Shown in pieces: positions 36,704 through 46,485 of a DNA stretch of 64,000 nucleotides. Numbering within the stretch: position 1 is the first letter of the stretch; each line of letters opens with the position of its first letter. The notes under the pieces are model-generated. The model did no database searches, had not been told where the DNA came from, and worked only from the letters and a program-made list of their open reading frames with translations. Origin of the DNA: Patescibacteria group bacterium (lineage in GTDB: Bacteria > Patescibacteriota > SICC01); assembly GCA_040902515.1 (NCBI GenBank), contig JBBDXB010000006.1, forward strand, positions 130,219 to 194,218, given 5' to 3'. The position numbers were made by a program, and so were the translations under genes.

Positions 36704-37498
36704 TCAATGGTCATGCGCCAACGACGCGATCTTGATGAACACAATAGTCAGCATAGCAAAGACGAACGCCTGAATCAGGCCGACGAATATCTCCAGCAGG
36801 TAGAACGGCCCCGAGACCGGGATGAAGACCGGCAGGAGCGTCCCGAACACCACCAGGAGCACCTCGCCGGCATAGATGTTGCCGAAGAGCCTGAACGACA
36901 GCGCGATGAACTTGGCCACCTCCGAGATCAGCTCGGTCAACCCGAGCAGGAACGTCGGTACGACCATCAGCAGGTTCTTCACCTTGAGTGGCCGCTTGAA
37001 CAAGTGGGTCAGGTTGACGAATTTGCCAAGGTATTTGAAGACGCCGACCAGCACGAGGCCGGTGGCCTGGACCACCAGGAACGCCACGCCAGCCATCGCG
37101 AACGTCAGGTTGAGGTCGGCGGAGCCGGCCCGCAGCAGCGGCACGAACTCGCCATGTGCATCGTGGCCCCCGACGGTACCGAAGCCGGGCAGCAGGGCCA
37201 CCCAGTTCAGGAAAAGCACGAACAGGAAGATCGTCACGATCAGCGGCGTGAAGCGCCGCGCGAGCCGCTCGTTGTCCATCACCGTGTTCACGATCCCGGT
37301 CAGCTGCTCGACGAGGATCTCCAGCAGGTTCTGGCTGCCGCGCGGGACCGTCCGGAGCTTGCGCGTGGCGACCAGGAGGAACAGGACCAATAGCGCCATC
37401 GCCAGCCAGGTCCCGAGCACGCTGTTGGTGATCGGAAATCCCCAGAGCTCGAAGAGCGGCTCGGCGTGGAGCGCCGGCGTGTGCAGGTCGGCTGCCAT
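36704..37498 (-). CDS. atpB: F0F1 ATP synthase subunit a
   Basis: Polytopic with conserved Arg in LSFRLFGNIYAGE. Confidence 0.9.
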   Translation of the reverse strand: MAADLHTPALHAEPLFELWGFPITNSVLGTWLAMALLVLFLLVATRKLRTVPRGSQNLLEILVEQLTGIVNTVMDNERLARRFTPLIVTIFLFVLFLNWVALLPGFGTVGGHDAHGEFVPLLRAGSADLNLTFAMAGVAFLVVQATGLVLVGVFKYLGKFVNLTHLFKRPLKVKNLLMVVPTFLLGLTELISEVAKFIALSFRLFGNIYAGEVLLVVFGTLLPVFIPVSGPFYLLEIFVGLIQAFVFAMLTIVFIKIASLAHDH

Positions 37499-37851
37499 CA
37501 GCGCCTCCGGCCGCCTTTCCGGTTCCGGGAAGCGCCGACCTTGGCGCGCCGGGTGCGATCGTTCCCGCCGATCGCTTCGCGCCCGCCGCGCGAGAACTGG
37601 CGGCTTGCCGACGAACGCCGCTCGGTCGGACTGTCTTCCTCGGCCGTCAGGGTATAGACCTCCCGGACGACCACGATGGTCGCCGTGATGCTGCCGATGA
37701 TCACCGCCCCGGCCAGTCCGAACGGCGCCGAGTCGAACAGCGCATCCAATACGAATCCTGCCAGAGCCGTCAGGGCCAACAGGGCCGTGACCTGAGCCAG
37801 GAGCGAAACGCCGATCCAGAATCCTCGCGAAGTCGTGATCTTCTTGGGCAT
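37498..37851 (-). CDS. ATP synthase protein I-like (AtpZ/AtpI family)
   Basis: Small two-TM protein immediately upstream of atpB, overlapping it by 1 nt. Confidence 0.55.
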   Translation of the reverse strand: MPKKITTSRGFWIGVSLLAQVTALLALTALAGFVLDALFDSAPFGLAGAVIIGSITATIVVVREVYTLTAEEDSPTERRSSASRQFSRGGREAIGGNDRTRRAKVGASRNRKGGRRR

Positions 37852-37892
37852 ACCGTCTTAGCTTACCGCCTTAGTCCCCCGGCCACTACCGG

Positions 37893-38981
37893 TCAGCCGC
37901 GCCCCCGCGAAACGGGTCCGGAGGCGGGCCTGGTCCGGCTAAGCCAGACCAGGAGTCCCGCCAGCAGCAGCGCCAGCAATCCCGCCATCAGCACCTTGCG
38001 GCCGGTGGTGCCGGCCAGCAGTGCCGTCACCCCGAATGTGGCCGACACCCCATAGAGGAAGAGGACGGCCCGGCGCACCGTGAACCCGCGCTGGAGCAGC
38101 AAGTGGTGGAGGTGCCGGGTATCGGCCTGCCAGGGCGCCGCCCCCATCGCGATCCGCCGGACCACGATCGTCAACGCGTCGAGGATCGGGAAACCGAGGA
38201 CCAGGAAAGCCGTCGCGATCTTGCCGCCCGAGATCACGGCCAGCGTGGCCAGCACATACCCGACGAACGTCGAGCCGATCGTGCCCAGGAAGATTCGGGC
38301 GGGGTGGAAGTTGAAGAGCAGGAATCCGGCGAGGCTGCCGGCCAGGAGCAGCGCCAACAGCGCTACGTGCGGCTGGTCCACGACCGCGGAAAGTGAAAGC
38401 AGCGCTACCGTGACGGCGGCGATACCGCCGACCCCACTAGCCAGCCCGTCGAGCCCGTCCAGCCAGTTGATCGCGTTGATCACCAGCACCACCCAGACCA
38501 CCGTGATCAGGTCGGCCGGCAGGTTCAGCAACCGGCCGCCCGTGTCGAACGGCAGTGCGATCTGGATCTGATCGAGCGCGACCTTGCCGCCCAGCGGATT
38601 GGTCACTTCCTCGATAGCCATGCCGGCGGCGGCCAGCGACAATCCGGCCAGTGCGTGCGTGCCGAGCTGCACGGCCGGCGGCAGGCTCCGCCAATCGTCG
38701 ATGAATCCGACCGTCAGCAGGAATAGGGCCGTCAGGGAGAACACCAGGAGTTGCCCCGGTCGGAAGTTGGGCGCGAGTTCGGGAAGGAAGAACAGGAACC
38801 CGATGAAGAACGCCCCCAGTACCGCGGCGCCGCCGAGGCGGGGCGTGATGCCGCGATGGATCCGGCGGCCGCCGGGCCGGTCCACGATTCCCAGCCGCCG
38901 GGCCACCCGTCCGACCGCAGGGGTCAGCAGAAGCGCCGCGGCGAACGTGAGAAGCGGACCCAACCAGAGTGCGGTCATGGC
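37893..38981 (-). CDS. MraY/WecA-family polyprenyl-phosphate N-acetylhexosamine-1-phosphate transferase
   Basis: VGFIDDW, NAINWLDGLDGLASG motifs of the MraY/WecA family. Sits upstream of the atp operon, as in many Gram-positive lineages. Confidence 0.75.
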   Translation of the reverse strand, partial: AMTALWLGPLLTFAAALLLTPAVGRVARRLGIVDRPGGRRIHRGITPRLGGAAVLGAFFIGFLFFLPELAPNFRPGQLLVFSLTALFLLTVGFIDDWRSLPPAVQLGTHALAGLSLAAAGMAIEEVTNPLGGKVALDQIQIALPFDTGGRLLNLPADLITVVWVVLVINAINWLDGLDGLASGVGGIAAVTVALLSLSAVVDQPHVALLALLLAGSLAGFLLFNFHPARIFLGTIGSTFVGYVLATLAVISGGKIATAFLVLGFPILDALTIVVRRIAMGAAPWQADTRHLHHLLLQRGFTVRRAVLFLYGVSATFGVTALLAGTTGRKVLMAGLLALLLAGLLVWLSRTRPASGPVSRGRG

Positions 38982-39416
38982 CCCAGTGTACCCGATACAG
39001 GCATAAGCAACCGTCCACAAAATATGCCCTACGCCCGGACATGGCGCTTGACAGTCGGATGCCGCTTTGAACGAACGGGGTTTTCCCCAGTACCGCCAGC
39101 GAAAGACGCCCGACCTACTTGATTTACCGTTACGTTTTTGGCTTAGTTGTGATGTTTACTCGGACACCTGACGGATTTCCGATACCGTGGGGCTCGGCGT
39201 ACACTGAATAGTGAAAACAAAAACACGGCGGCAAAACACCGCCTGTGGTTATTATCGGTTCCCGGGAACCGTCCAACAAAAACCCCGAGAGGGAAACAGG
39301 GCCTTGGCGCGTGCGCCGGGGCTCTGTTTTAGTGCGGATCACGCGTCCGAGCGCCGGTTTCGTTCGATGTCCAGGCGTGGATTACCTTAAAAAGTGCTTA
39401 TATAAGCCAAAAAGAC

Positions 39417-42284
39417 TTGACAGCCAGTCATTTTTTTGCTAAGATAAGGCAATTTTTCGGGTTCCCGATAATCCCCCAAAAATACGCAGCCGGAACAGCA
39501 ACACAGAACAACGTGCTCGGACGATTCCCATTCAGGTCGACGCTCATCCGCCTCGCGGCGGTGGTCACGCTGGCATTGGTTCCCCTCGGGACCGCGGCAC
39601 CGGCCGAAGCGGCGGACGGGTACCAGTTTCCCTGCAGCCCATACAAGCTATCGGGGTATAACTTCGGACAGCACGTGTCCGGCTGGGGGTATCACGCCGG
39701 CCAGGACATCGCCTGCTCTTCCGGGACCCCCGTCTACGCGATCGCCGACGGGAAAGTGGTCTACTCCGCGCTGACCCCTGACTCCTGGCGCTGGGGAAAC
39801 CTGATCATGATCGAGCACGCCAACCCGAACGGTTCCAAGGCCACCAGCATCTACGGGCACCTCAGCAACAACCGCCGGGTCGCAGCCGGCCAGCGCGTCA
39901 GCAAGGGGCAGCATATCGGCGCGATCGGGCCGAGCAATACCCGGGAGAACGGACGTTGGGGGGACCACCTCCATTTCGCCGTCCACCTCGGGGCCTACGG
40001 AGCCTCGACCGGTACGTACTGGTCGGCCATCCACGGATACGAGCCGGCCAGCAAGATCGGCCGGTACGCGCACCCCGGGAAGTACATCACTTCGCGGCAG
40101 AACTATTACAGTTACCAGTACGTCGGCCAGAACGGCGGCGGTTCCAAGGCCAGGACGGAAGAACATTACGTCGAGTTCCGACTCAAGAACACCGGACAGG
40201 CCACCTGGCGGTCCAGCGGTTCGAACGCGGTCCGGCTCGGGACCGAGCGGCCGCGTGACCGCGGCAGCACGTTCTCCCGCGGCATGGGCGGACATGGCTG
40301 GCACGCTCCGAACCGGATTTCCCTGCAGTCCGACACGCCCCCGGGACAAGTCGGGGTCTTCCGGGCTCGCTTCAACAACAGCTACGTCTCGCCCGGAAAC
40401 CACCGCGAGTACTTCACCCCGGTCGTGGAGGGGATCAGCTGGATGCGGAACATCGGCATGTACACCGGTATCCGCGTGCAGGGATACAACTACCGGGCCC
40501 AGTGGTACGGGCAGAGCGCCCACTTGGAGCTATCGCCGACCTCCCGACAGACCACTAACCATCACCGCTATCTCGCGGCGGGCAAGAAAGTGAATCTCAA
40601 GGCGTACATCAAGAACACCGGCGATTACTCCTGGCATGCCGGAGGCAAGCACCCGGTCCGGCTCGGCACGAGCCGCTCGATCGATCGGAAGAGCCGCTTC
40701 GCGACGACTAAGCGCGACGGCGTTCCCGACGGCGAGCAGTGGATTAGCGGCAGTCGGGCGACCGGACTGAACGGCCGCCTGGACCCGTCCACCAACAAGG
40801 TCGTGGGAGACAGTACGATCGAACCCGGCCAAATCGGCGTGTTCTCGTTCACGATCAAGGCACCCGGCACGCCGGGGACCTACCGGGAATACTTCCGGCC
40901 GGTCCTCGAGGGCAACCGCTGGCTGGATGACTTCGGCATGTACTTCGAGCTCCGGGTACTGCCGCATGGATTCCACTACGAGTGGGTCAAGCAGGAGAAC
41001 CCCGAACCGGTGGCCTATGAGCACGGGGACGCCACCACGCGGGTCTACCTCCGGAACACCGGCCAGGCGGCCTGGCCCACCGGGGGTAACGTGCGGCTGG
41101 GAACCGACCGGAGCCGGGACCGCAAGTCGGCCTTCAAGGGCGGCGACTGGCTGGCGGCCAACCGGGCCAGCACGATCGATGAGGTCGCCGACGCGCCGGG
41201 TGAACGGGTCGTGGATCCGGGACAGGTCGCCCGTTTCGATTTCAAGGTGGAAAGTAAGGTCAAACCGGACGGCGGGTACAAGGAATACTTCCGGCCGGTG
41301 GCGGAAGGCAAGGCCTGGTTCCCCGAGGACTACGGCATGTACGTGCCGGTGCACGTCGAATCACCGCCATACGGCTACTCCGTGCTTGACCAGCGGTTCT
41401 CCAAGGATCCGTCCGACGCCAAGTACGGCGAGGTCATCGAGGCGGTGCTACAGGTCAAGAACCTGGGCAGCAACCCCTGGCCGGCGGACGGGACCAACGC
41501 CGTCCGGCTGGGAACGTTCCGCCCGCAGGATCGGCAGTCCGGCTTCGGCACGGTCGGTGGAAGCGCGGGCTGGATCAACGCAAGCCGGGCCGCCCGGATC
41601 AGCGGCAAGGTCGACACGGACGGTACGGTACAATCGGCCAGCGAGATCAACCAGGGCGAAGTGGCCCAGTTCAAGGTACCGCTCCGGATCGATTCCGCAC
41701 TCGATCCCGGCAGCTATAAGGAGTACTTCAACCTCGTCCACGAAGGCAAGGCCTGGATGCCGGACCTTGGCATCTACTTCCCGGTAACGATCACGTCCGC
41801 GAACTATGACTATGAGGTACTGGACAAGCGGTACTCACGGGACCCCCGGCAATTGTCGGAAGACGACGAAGTCGAGGTGCGGGTGGCCGTCCGGAACACC
41901 GGCCGCTACGCCTGGCCGGTCAGTGGCAGCAACGCGGTCCGGCTCGGGACCGAGCGACCGCGGGACCGCAGTTCCGCATTCCGGACGACCACCGGTAGCG
42001 ACCCTTGGCTGGCGGCCAACCGGGCCAGCGGTATCGACGGCAAGGTGACCGACCTGGCCACCCTGGCGACCGTACCCGCCACCGGGATCAAGCCCGGTGA
42101 GGTCGCCCTGCTGAAGTTCACCCTGACCGCGAACAAACTCGGCAGCCATCAGGAGTACTTCTCGCTCGTCCAGGAGGGCGTGACCTGGTTCCCGGACCAT
42201 GGATTGATGATTTCCCTGAACATCACCGCACCGGCCGGTATCAACGATCCCGACGCGTCACCCTCACCGAGCCCGGCACCGTAA
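39417..42284 (+). CDS. secreted M23 peptidase with 5 tandem NBR1-like Ig (beta-sandwich) repeats
   Basis: Signal peptide. M23 domain (GYHAGQDIA...GTPVYAIADG...DHLHFAVH). Five roughly 115-aa repeats, each with NTG..W / VRLGT.RP.DR.S.F / PG.....F.....G.Y.EYF.PV.EG..W. Confidence 0.8.
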   Translation: MTASHFFAKIRQFFGFPIIPQKYAAGTATQNNVLGRFPFRSTLIRLAAVVTLALVPLGTAAPAEAADGYQFPCSPYKLSGYNFGQHVSGWGYHAGQDIACSSGTPVYAIADGKVVYSALTPDSWRWGNLIMIEHANPNGSKATSIYGHLSNNRRVAAGQRVSKGQHIGAIGPSNTRENGRWGDHLHFAVHLGAYGASTGTYWSAIHGYEPASKIGRYAHPGKYITSRQNYYSYQYVGQNGGGSKARTEEHYVEFRLKNTGQATWRSSGSNAVRLGTERPRDRGSTFSRGMGGHGWHAPNRISLQSDTPPGQVGVFRARFNNSYVSPGNHREYFTPVVEGISWMRNIGMYTGIRVQGYNYRAQWYGQSAHLELSPTSRQTTNHHRYLAAGKKVNLKAYIKNTGDYSWHAGGKHPVRLGTSRSIDRKSRFATTKRDGVPDGEQWISGSRATGLNGRLDPSTNKVVGDSTIEPGQIGVFSFTIKAPGTPGTYREYFRPVLEGNRWLDDFGMYFELRVLPHGFHYEWVKQENPEPVAYEHGDATTRVYLRNTGQAAWPTGGNVRLGTDRSRDRKSAFKGGDWLAANRASTIDEVADAPGERVVDPGQVARFDFKVESKVKPDGGYKEYFRPVAEGKAWFPEDYGMYVPVHVESPPYGYSVLDQRFSKDPSDAKYGEVIEAVLQVKNLGSNPWPADGTNAVRLGTFRPQDRQSGFGTVGGSAGWINASRAARISGKVDTDGTVQSASEINQGEVAQFKVPLRIDSALDPGSYKEYFNLVHEGKAWMPDLGIYFPVTITSANYDYEVLDKRYSRDPRQLSEDDEVEVRVAVRNTGRYAWPVSGSNAVRLGTERPRDRSSAFRTTTGSDPWLAANRASGIDGKVTDLATLATVPATGIKPGEVALLKFTLTANKLGSHQEYFSLVQEGVTWFPDHGLMISLNITAPAGINDPDASPSPSPAP

Positions 42285-42393
42285 ACCAATACTCGCCTTT
42301 TTGCACCGAACGGGCCTATTTGGTACTAACAAGTAGGAGCTAGTTATCCGAAACAAAATCATACAATGCGGAATCATCCTGGGAGCCGGCATC

Positions 42394-44637
42394 GTGCTCG
42401 GCTTGTTCGGCGCGGGCAGCGGTGAGGCGAAAGCGGCGGCGACCAGTTACCAGGTCCCCTGTTTTCCCTACAATAAGCCGAATTACGCCTTCCGGCAGTA
42501 TGTTTCGGGATGGGGATACCACGTGGCCGAGGATTCCTGCCACCAGGCGGGGCTTGCCGTCTTCGCGGCGGGTAACGGCGTCGTGAAGTATTCCGCCCGT
42601 ACGCCGGACTCCTACCGCTGGGGCAACCTGATCGTCATCGAGCACACGACGACGTCCGGTGGCAAGATACTCAGCCTGTACGGCCATCTCGGGAACGATC
42701 GCAAGGTGAAGGCGGGACAAACCGTGTTCAAGGGCCAACGGATCGGTACGGTGGGCCCGAGCGGAAGCCAGAACGGCTACTGGAGCCCGCATATACATTT
42801 CGGCATCCGGATCGCCCGGTACGGCGCGGCGACCGGGTCGTATGACCACTCGATCCACGGTTATGAGTATCCCTGCTGCGCCGCCTGGACGGGACCGTCG
42901 GCGTTCGTGAATGCCCGGCGTGCCTCGTACGATTACGTGCCGCACCGGATCGCCGGGACGCGGGAGATGTGGTTCAACAGCGACACCGAACTGACGTTCC
43001 AGGTATGGAACACCGGCGGACAGACATGGCGTACCGGCGGTGATACCCCGCTCCGGCTCGGAACCATCAGGACCCACGATCGAACCAGCGTCTTTGCCGA
43101 CGGAGGCGCTGCCGACGGGTGGGCCGGCGTGAACCGGATCGAACTGGTGAACGATACGGGACCGGACCAACTGGCGACGTTCCGCGCCACGTTCGAATCA
43201 CCGGGAGCGTCCGGACGTTGGACCGAGTGCTTCGCGCCGGTCGCGGAAGGCGTAGCGTGGCTCAAGGATCGCGGGTTCTGCACCGGAGTCACCGTCCATC
43301 CGCCGACGTGGCGGGGTGAGTACGTCGGCCAACGCATCACGGCCTCCTCGGACCCGGCCGACATGACGGCAACTACCGCCGATCACCTGAAGCCGGGCGA
43401 CACCCGGAGTCTCAAGCTGTTCATCAGGAACACCGGCGAGCTTGCCTGGGTCCAGGGCGGCAGTAACCCGACCCGTCTGGCCACCGCGAACCCGCGTGAC
43501 CGAGCCAGCGCGTTCCGGACGTCCGGCCTGACCGGCAGCGGCGCTTCCGAGAACTGGGTCAGCGGCAGCCGGGCCTCGGAGCTCGAGGGGCGGTACGATC
43601 CGGATACCGATTCCATCGTGCCGGATACCGAGATCACCACCGGCGAGGTCGGCGCGTTCTCGTTCACGGTGACGGCACCTGACCTGCCGGGCTACCACAA
43701 GGAGTACTTCAACCCGGTCGTCGAAGGAAAGCTGCACATGCCGTACCTCGGCATCTGGTTCGGATTGAACGTGCTCGACCGCGGATACCACTATGGGTAT
43801 GAGTCGCAGTCGCAGTCGCCGACCACCGTCGGAAGCGGCGTGAGCGAACAGGAGACCGTGCTCCGACTCAGGAACACCGGCCGGGAGTCCTGGCCGGTGG
43901 ACGGCGACCTCCGGATCGGCACCGCCCGGCCGCGGGACCATCGGTCGACGTTCTACTCATCCTCAGGCAGCGAACCCTGGATCGCCCGCTCCCGACCCTC
44001 CACCCTGGATGCGAACGTGACGGATTCCGGCAAGACGACGGTGGATCCTGGTGAGGTCGGTGAGTTCCGGTTCACGATCAACGTGCCGGAAGACCTCCCC
44101 GTCGGCACCTACAAGCTCTATGTCCGGCCGGTCCTGGACGGCGTGGCCTGGCTGCCGGAAGATTACGGGATCTACTTCCCGGTCAAAGTCACCGCGCCGC
44201 CGATCAGCTACCGGTACGAGAAGCAGGACGTCTCCGGTGACGCGGGCGCTTTCCAGCGCGGCACCACGATGACGGCCCGGTTGGCCGTGACCAACACCGG
44301 ACGCCGGAGTTGGGACGTCGACGGTCAGAACGCGGTCCGGCTGGGAACCAGCCGTCCGCAGGACCGCAGTTCCGCATTCCGGACGACCGCCGGCAGCGAC
44401 CCCTGGATCGCCGCCAATCGTGCCAGCGCGATCGACGGCCGGGTCACCGACCTGGCCACCTTGGCGACGACCCCGGATACCTCGATCGAGCCGGGCGAGA
44501 CGGCGCTCTTCTCCTTCCCGCTCACCGCGAACCCGGCACCGGGAAACTACAAGGAATACTTCAACCTGGTGATGGAGCGGGTCACTTGGATGCGCGACAT
44601 CGGCATCTACTTCCCGTTGACCGTCGTCGCACCGTAA
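42394..44637 (+). CDS. secreted M23 peptidase with 4 tandem NBR1-like Ig repeats (paralog of upstream gene)
   Basis: Same architecture as 39417-42284. M23 motifs: GYHVAEDSC, GNGVVKYS, PHIHFGIR. The last repeat is nearly identical at DNA level to the last repeat of the upstream paralog. Confidence 0.8.
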   Translation: MLGLFGAGSGEAKAAATSYQVPCFPYNKPNYAFRQYVSGWGYHVAEDSCHQAGLAVFAAGNGVVKYSARTPDSYRWGNLIVIEHTTTSGGKILSLYGHLGNDRKVKAGQTVFKGQRIGTVGPSGSQNGYWSPHIHFGIRIARYGAATGSYDHSIHGYEYPCCAAWTGPSAFVNARRASYDYVPHRIAGTREMWFNSDTELTFQVWNTGGQTWRTGGDTPLRLGTIRTHDRTSVFADGGAADGWAGVNRIELVNDTGPDQLATFRATFESPGASGRWTECFAPVAEGVAWLKDRGFCTGVTVHPPTWRGEYVGQRITASSDPADMTATTADHLKPGDTRSLKLFIRNTGELAWVQGGSNPTRLATANPRDRASAFRTSGLTGSGASENWVSGSRASELEGRYDPDTDSIVPDTEITTGEVGAFSFTVTAPDLPGYHKEYFNPVVEGKLHMPYLGIWFGLNVLDRGYHYGYESQSQSPTTVGSGVSEQETVLRLRNTGRESWPVDGDLRIGTARPRDHRSTFYSSSGSEPWIARSRPSTLDANVTDSGKTTVDPGEVGEFRFTINVPEDLPVGTYKLYVRPVLDGVAWLPEDYGIYFPVKVTAPPISYRYEKQDVSGDAGAFQRGTTMTARLAVTNTGRRSWDVDGQNAVRLGTSRPQDRSSAFRTTAGSDPWIAANRASAIDGRVTDLATLATTPDTSIEPGETALFSFPLTANPAPGNYKEYFNLVMERVTWMRDIGIYFPLTVVAP

Positions 44638-44646
44638 CGCAGCCGG

Positions 44647-46440
44647 CTAACCCTTGGCCCGCCCGGTGATCGGCCGGAGTGCCTGGCTGGACTTCGGCGT
44701 CACCCGGAAGTCGAGCGAACGGCCGAAGATCAGCCGTGTCTGGCTCTCGATCGCCGGCAGGCTGGAGAACAGGATCGTCGTCAGGGGCATCAGGACCCAC
44801 TGCGCGATGTGCAGAAGCCGGTGATGCTCCCGGTAGCCCGGCGGTTTCGGCGGCAGGAGCAGGATCGAGATGAAGATCGTCACGATGATACCGACCAGCG
44901 CCAGGGTGAGGATGGCACTGGCGGTCGGCGCCAGCGTCTGGCCGAACAGCGTCTCCCGGAAGCTCGGCGAGAGCAGGATCGGCAACCAGCCGACGAAAGT
45001 AATCAGGATCGGCGCCGTGGCCCATGTCACGTGGCCCTCGAGGAACCGTGCCAGGTGGAGCGTCTTCTCCCGCCAGGGGATCCGGCGGTCTCGGATGGCG
45101 CTGATCACGGCGTACGGGAAATCGGAAGCGCCCCATGCCCACCGGCGGAGCTGCACGTACTGCCCCTTCAACGTCGAGGCGTAGGTGTCATCGAGCACCG
45201 CGTCCTGGTAGACCGGGACGTAGAGCGGCTGCACGAAGTGGTTTCCGTCATGCCGGAAGTAGGTCCGCCAGTACTGTTGGCCGTCCTCGACGATCGTGTC
45301 GACCGACCAGAAGTCGGTGTCGACCACCGTCTGCAATCCCTGCGCGTGAGCCGCGAAGTTCCGGAGCCGGTAGGGGCGGGTCGACTCGATCATGTGCCAG
45401 AACGAGGAACCGGTAGCGATCACGCGGTTGATCGCCGTCGTGTACCAGAGGTTGTTATGGAAGAGCGGCGTCGGCTGGAACGTACGGTACCGCCGCTCGG
45501 GCGTCAGCAGGTACTGGTAGGTCAGGGCCGCGAAGTAGCGCGGATGCGGGCGATGGTCCGCGTCGAGCGTCGTCACGATGACTTCCTCGTGCGGGATCTT
45601 CAGCTTGTCGATCTCCCGTATCGCCTTGCGGCCGGCCCAGGCGAGGTTCGACCCCTTGCCCTTCACCTCGCCGGTGATGTTGGAGGGATGTTCGCTGACG
45701 ATCAGGCGCTTGAAGCATCCCTTGAACTCGCGTCTGATCGCCCGGGCATTCGCCCGTGCCCGCGCCTTGTCGCGTTCCTCCGTCGCCAGTACGACGATCA
45801 TCCGGTCCGGTTCGTACGACGCGTCGGCGATCGCCTGGAAGCTCGGACGGAGGGTGTCGAGATCCTCGGTGTACGTCGCGACGATCACCAGGTGATGGAT
45901 CCGCGATGCCCGCGGTATCGGCTCCGGCGAAGCGATCGCCGTCTCGACCTGGGCCAGCTCCTCCCGCAGTTCCCGGTAGTCCTGGGCCAAGCGGCGGTTG
46001 GTCAGGCCGAGCTGCCGCTGCCAGAACCACCGGTCAAGCCCTTCCCGTCCGCCGTCGATCCGACGGATCACCCGCCGAAGCGTGGCCGCGTAGGTATCGA
46101 TGCTACGCTCGAGCGCCCGGATCCGACTGTGCCAGTCCACGCGGGTATCGCGACGGAGCCGGCGGTATGCCCGGATCAGGTTGGTCGAGAGGATCACCGA
46201 CCGCACCAGCCAGTAGACGTCGAAGAGCAGGATCGCGTACGCGACGACCGGCGGCGCCAGGAACGACAAGACCACCGCGCCGATGAAGATCGACCAGGTG
46301 ACCAGACCCGGCACCATCTCCAGCGCCCGCCAGACGTCGGGCGGTACGGTACGGCGGGTCGCCGACGAGGAAATCCGCGTGTCGGTGAACGCGGGCTGGT
46401 CGACGTAGCGGGCGATCTGGCGCTGGGTCAGCACGCCCAT
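44647..46440 (-). CDS. processive family-2 membrane glycosyltransferase (cellulose/chitin-synthase-like)
   Basis: TLDADH (D,D,D) and QLRRWAWG (QxxRW) motifs. N- and C-terminal TM bundles. Confidence 0.75.
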   Translation of the reverse strand: MGVLTQRQIARYVDQPAFTDTRISSSATRRTVPPDVWRALEMVPGLVTWSIFIGAVVLSFLAPPVVAYAILLFDVYWLVRSVILSTNLIRAYRRLRRDTRVDWHSRIRALERSIDTYAATLRRVIRRIDGGREGLDRWFWQRQLGLTNRRLAQDYRELREELAQVETAIASPEPIPRASRIHHLVIVATYTEDLDTLRPSFQAIADASYEPDRMIVVLATEERDKARARANARAIRREFKGCFKRLIVSEHPSNITGEVKGKGSNLAWAGRKAIREIDKLKIPHEEVIVTTLDADHRPHPRYFAALTYQYLLTPERRYRTFQPTPLFHNNLWYTTAINRVIATGSSFWHMIESTRPYRLRNFAAHAQGLQTVVDTDFWSVDTIVEDGQQYWRTYFRHDGNHFVQPLYVPVYQDAVLDDTYASTLKGQYVQLRRWAWGASDFPYAVISAIRDRRIPWREKTLHLARFLEGHVTWATAPILITFVGWLPILLSPSFRETLFGQTLAPTASAILTLALVGIIVTIFISILLLPPKPPGYREHHRLLHIAQWVLMPLTTILFSSLPAIESQTRLIFGRSLDFRVTPKSSQALRPITGRAKG

Positions 46441-46485
46441 CAGTATACCGCGTCAGCGGATCGGAAGCGCGGTACCGGGTTTTGC

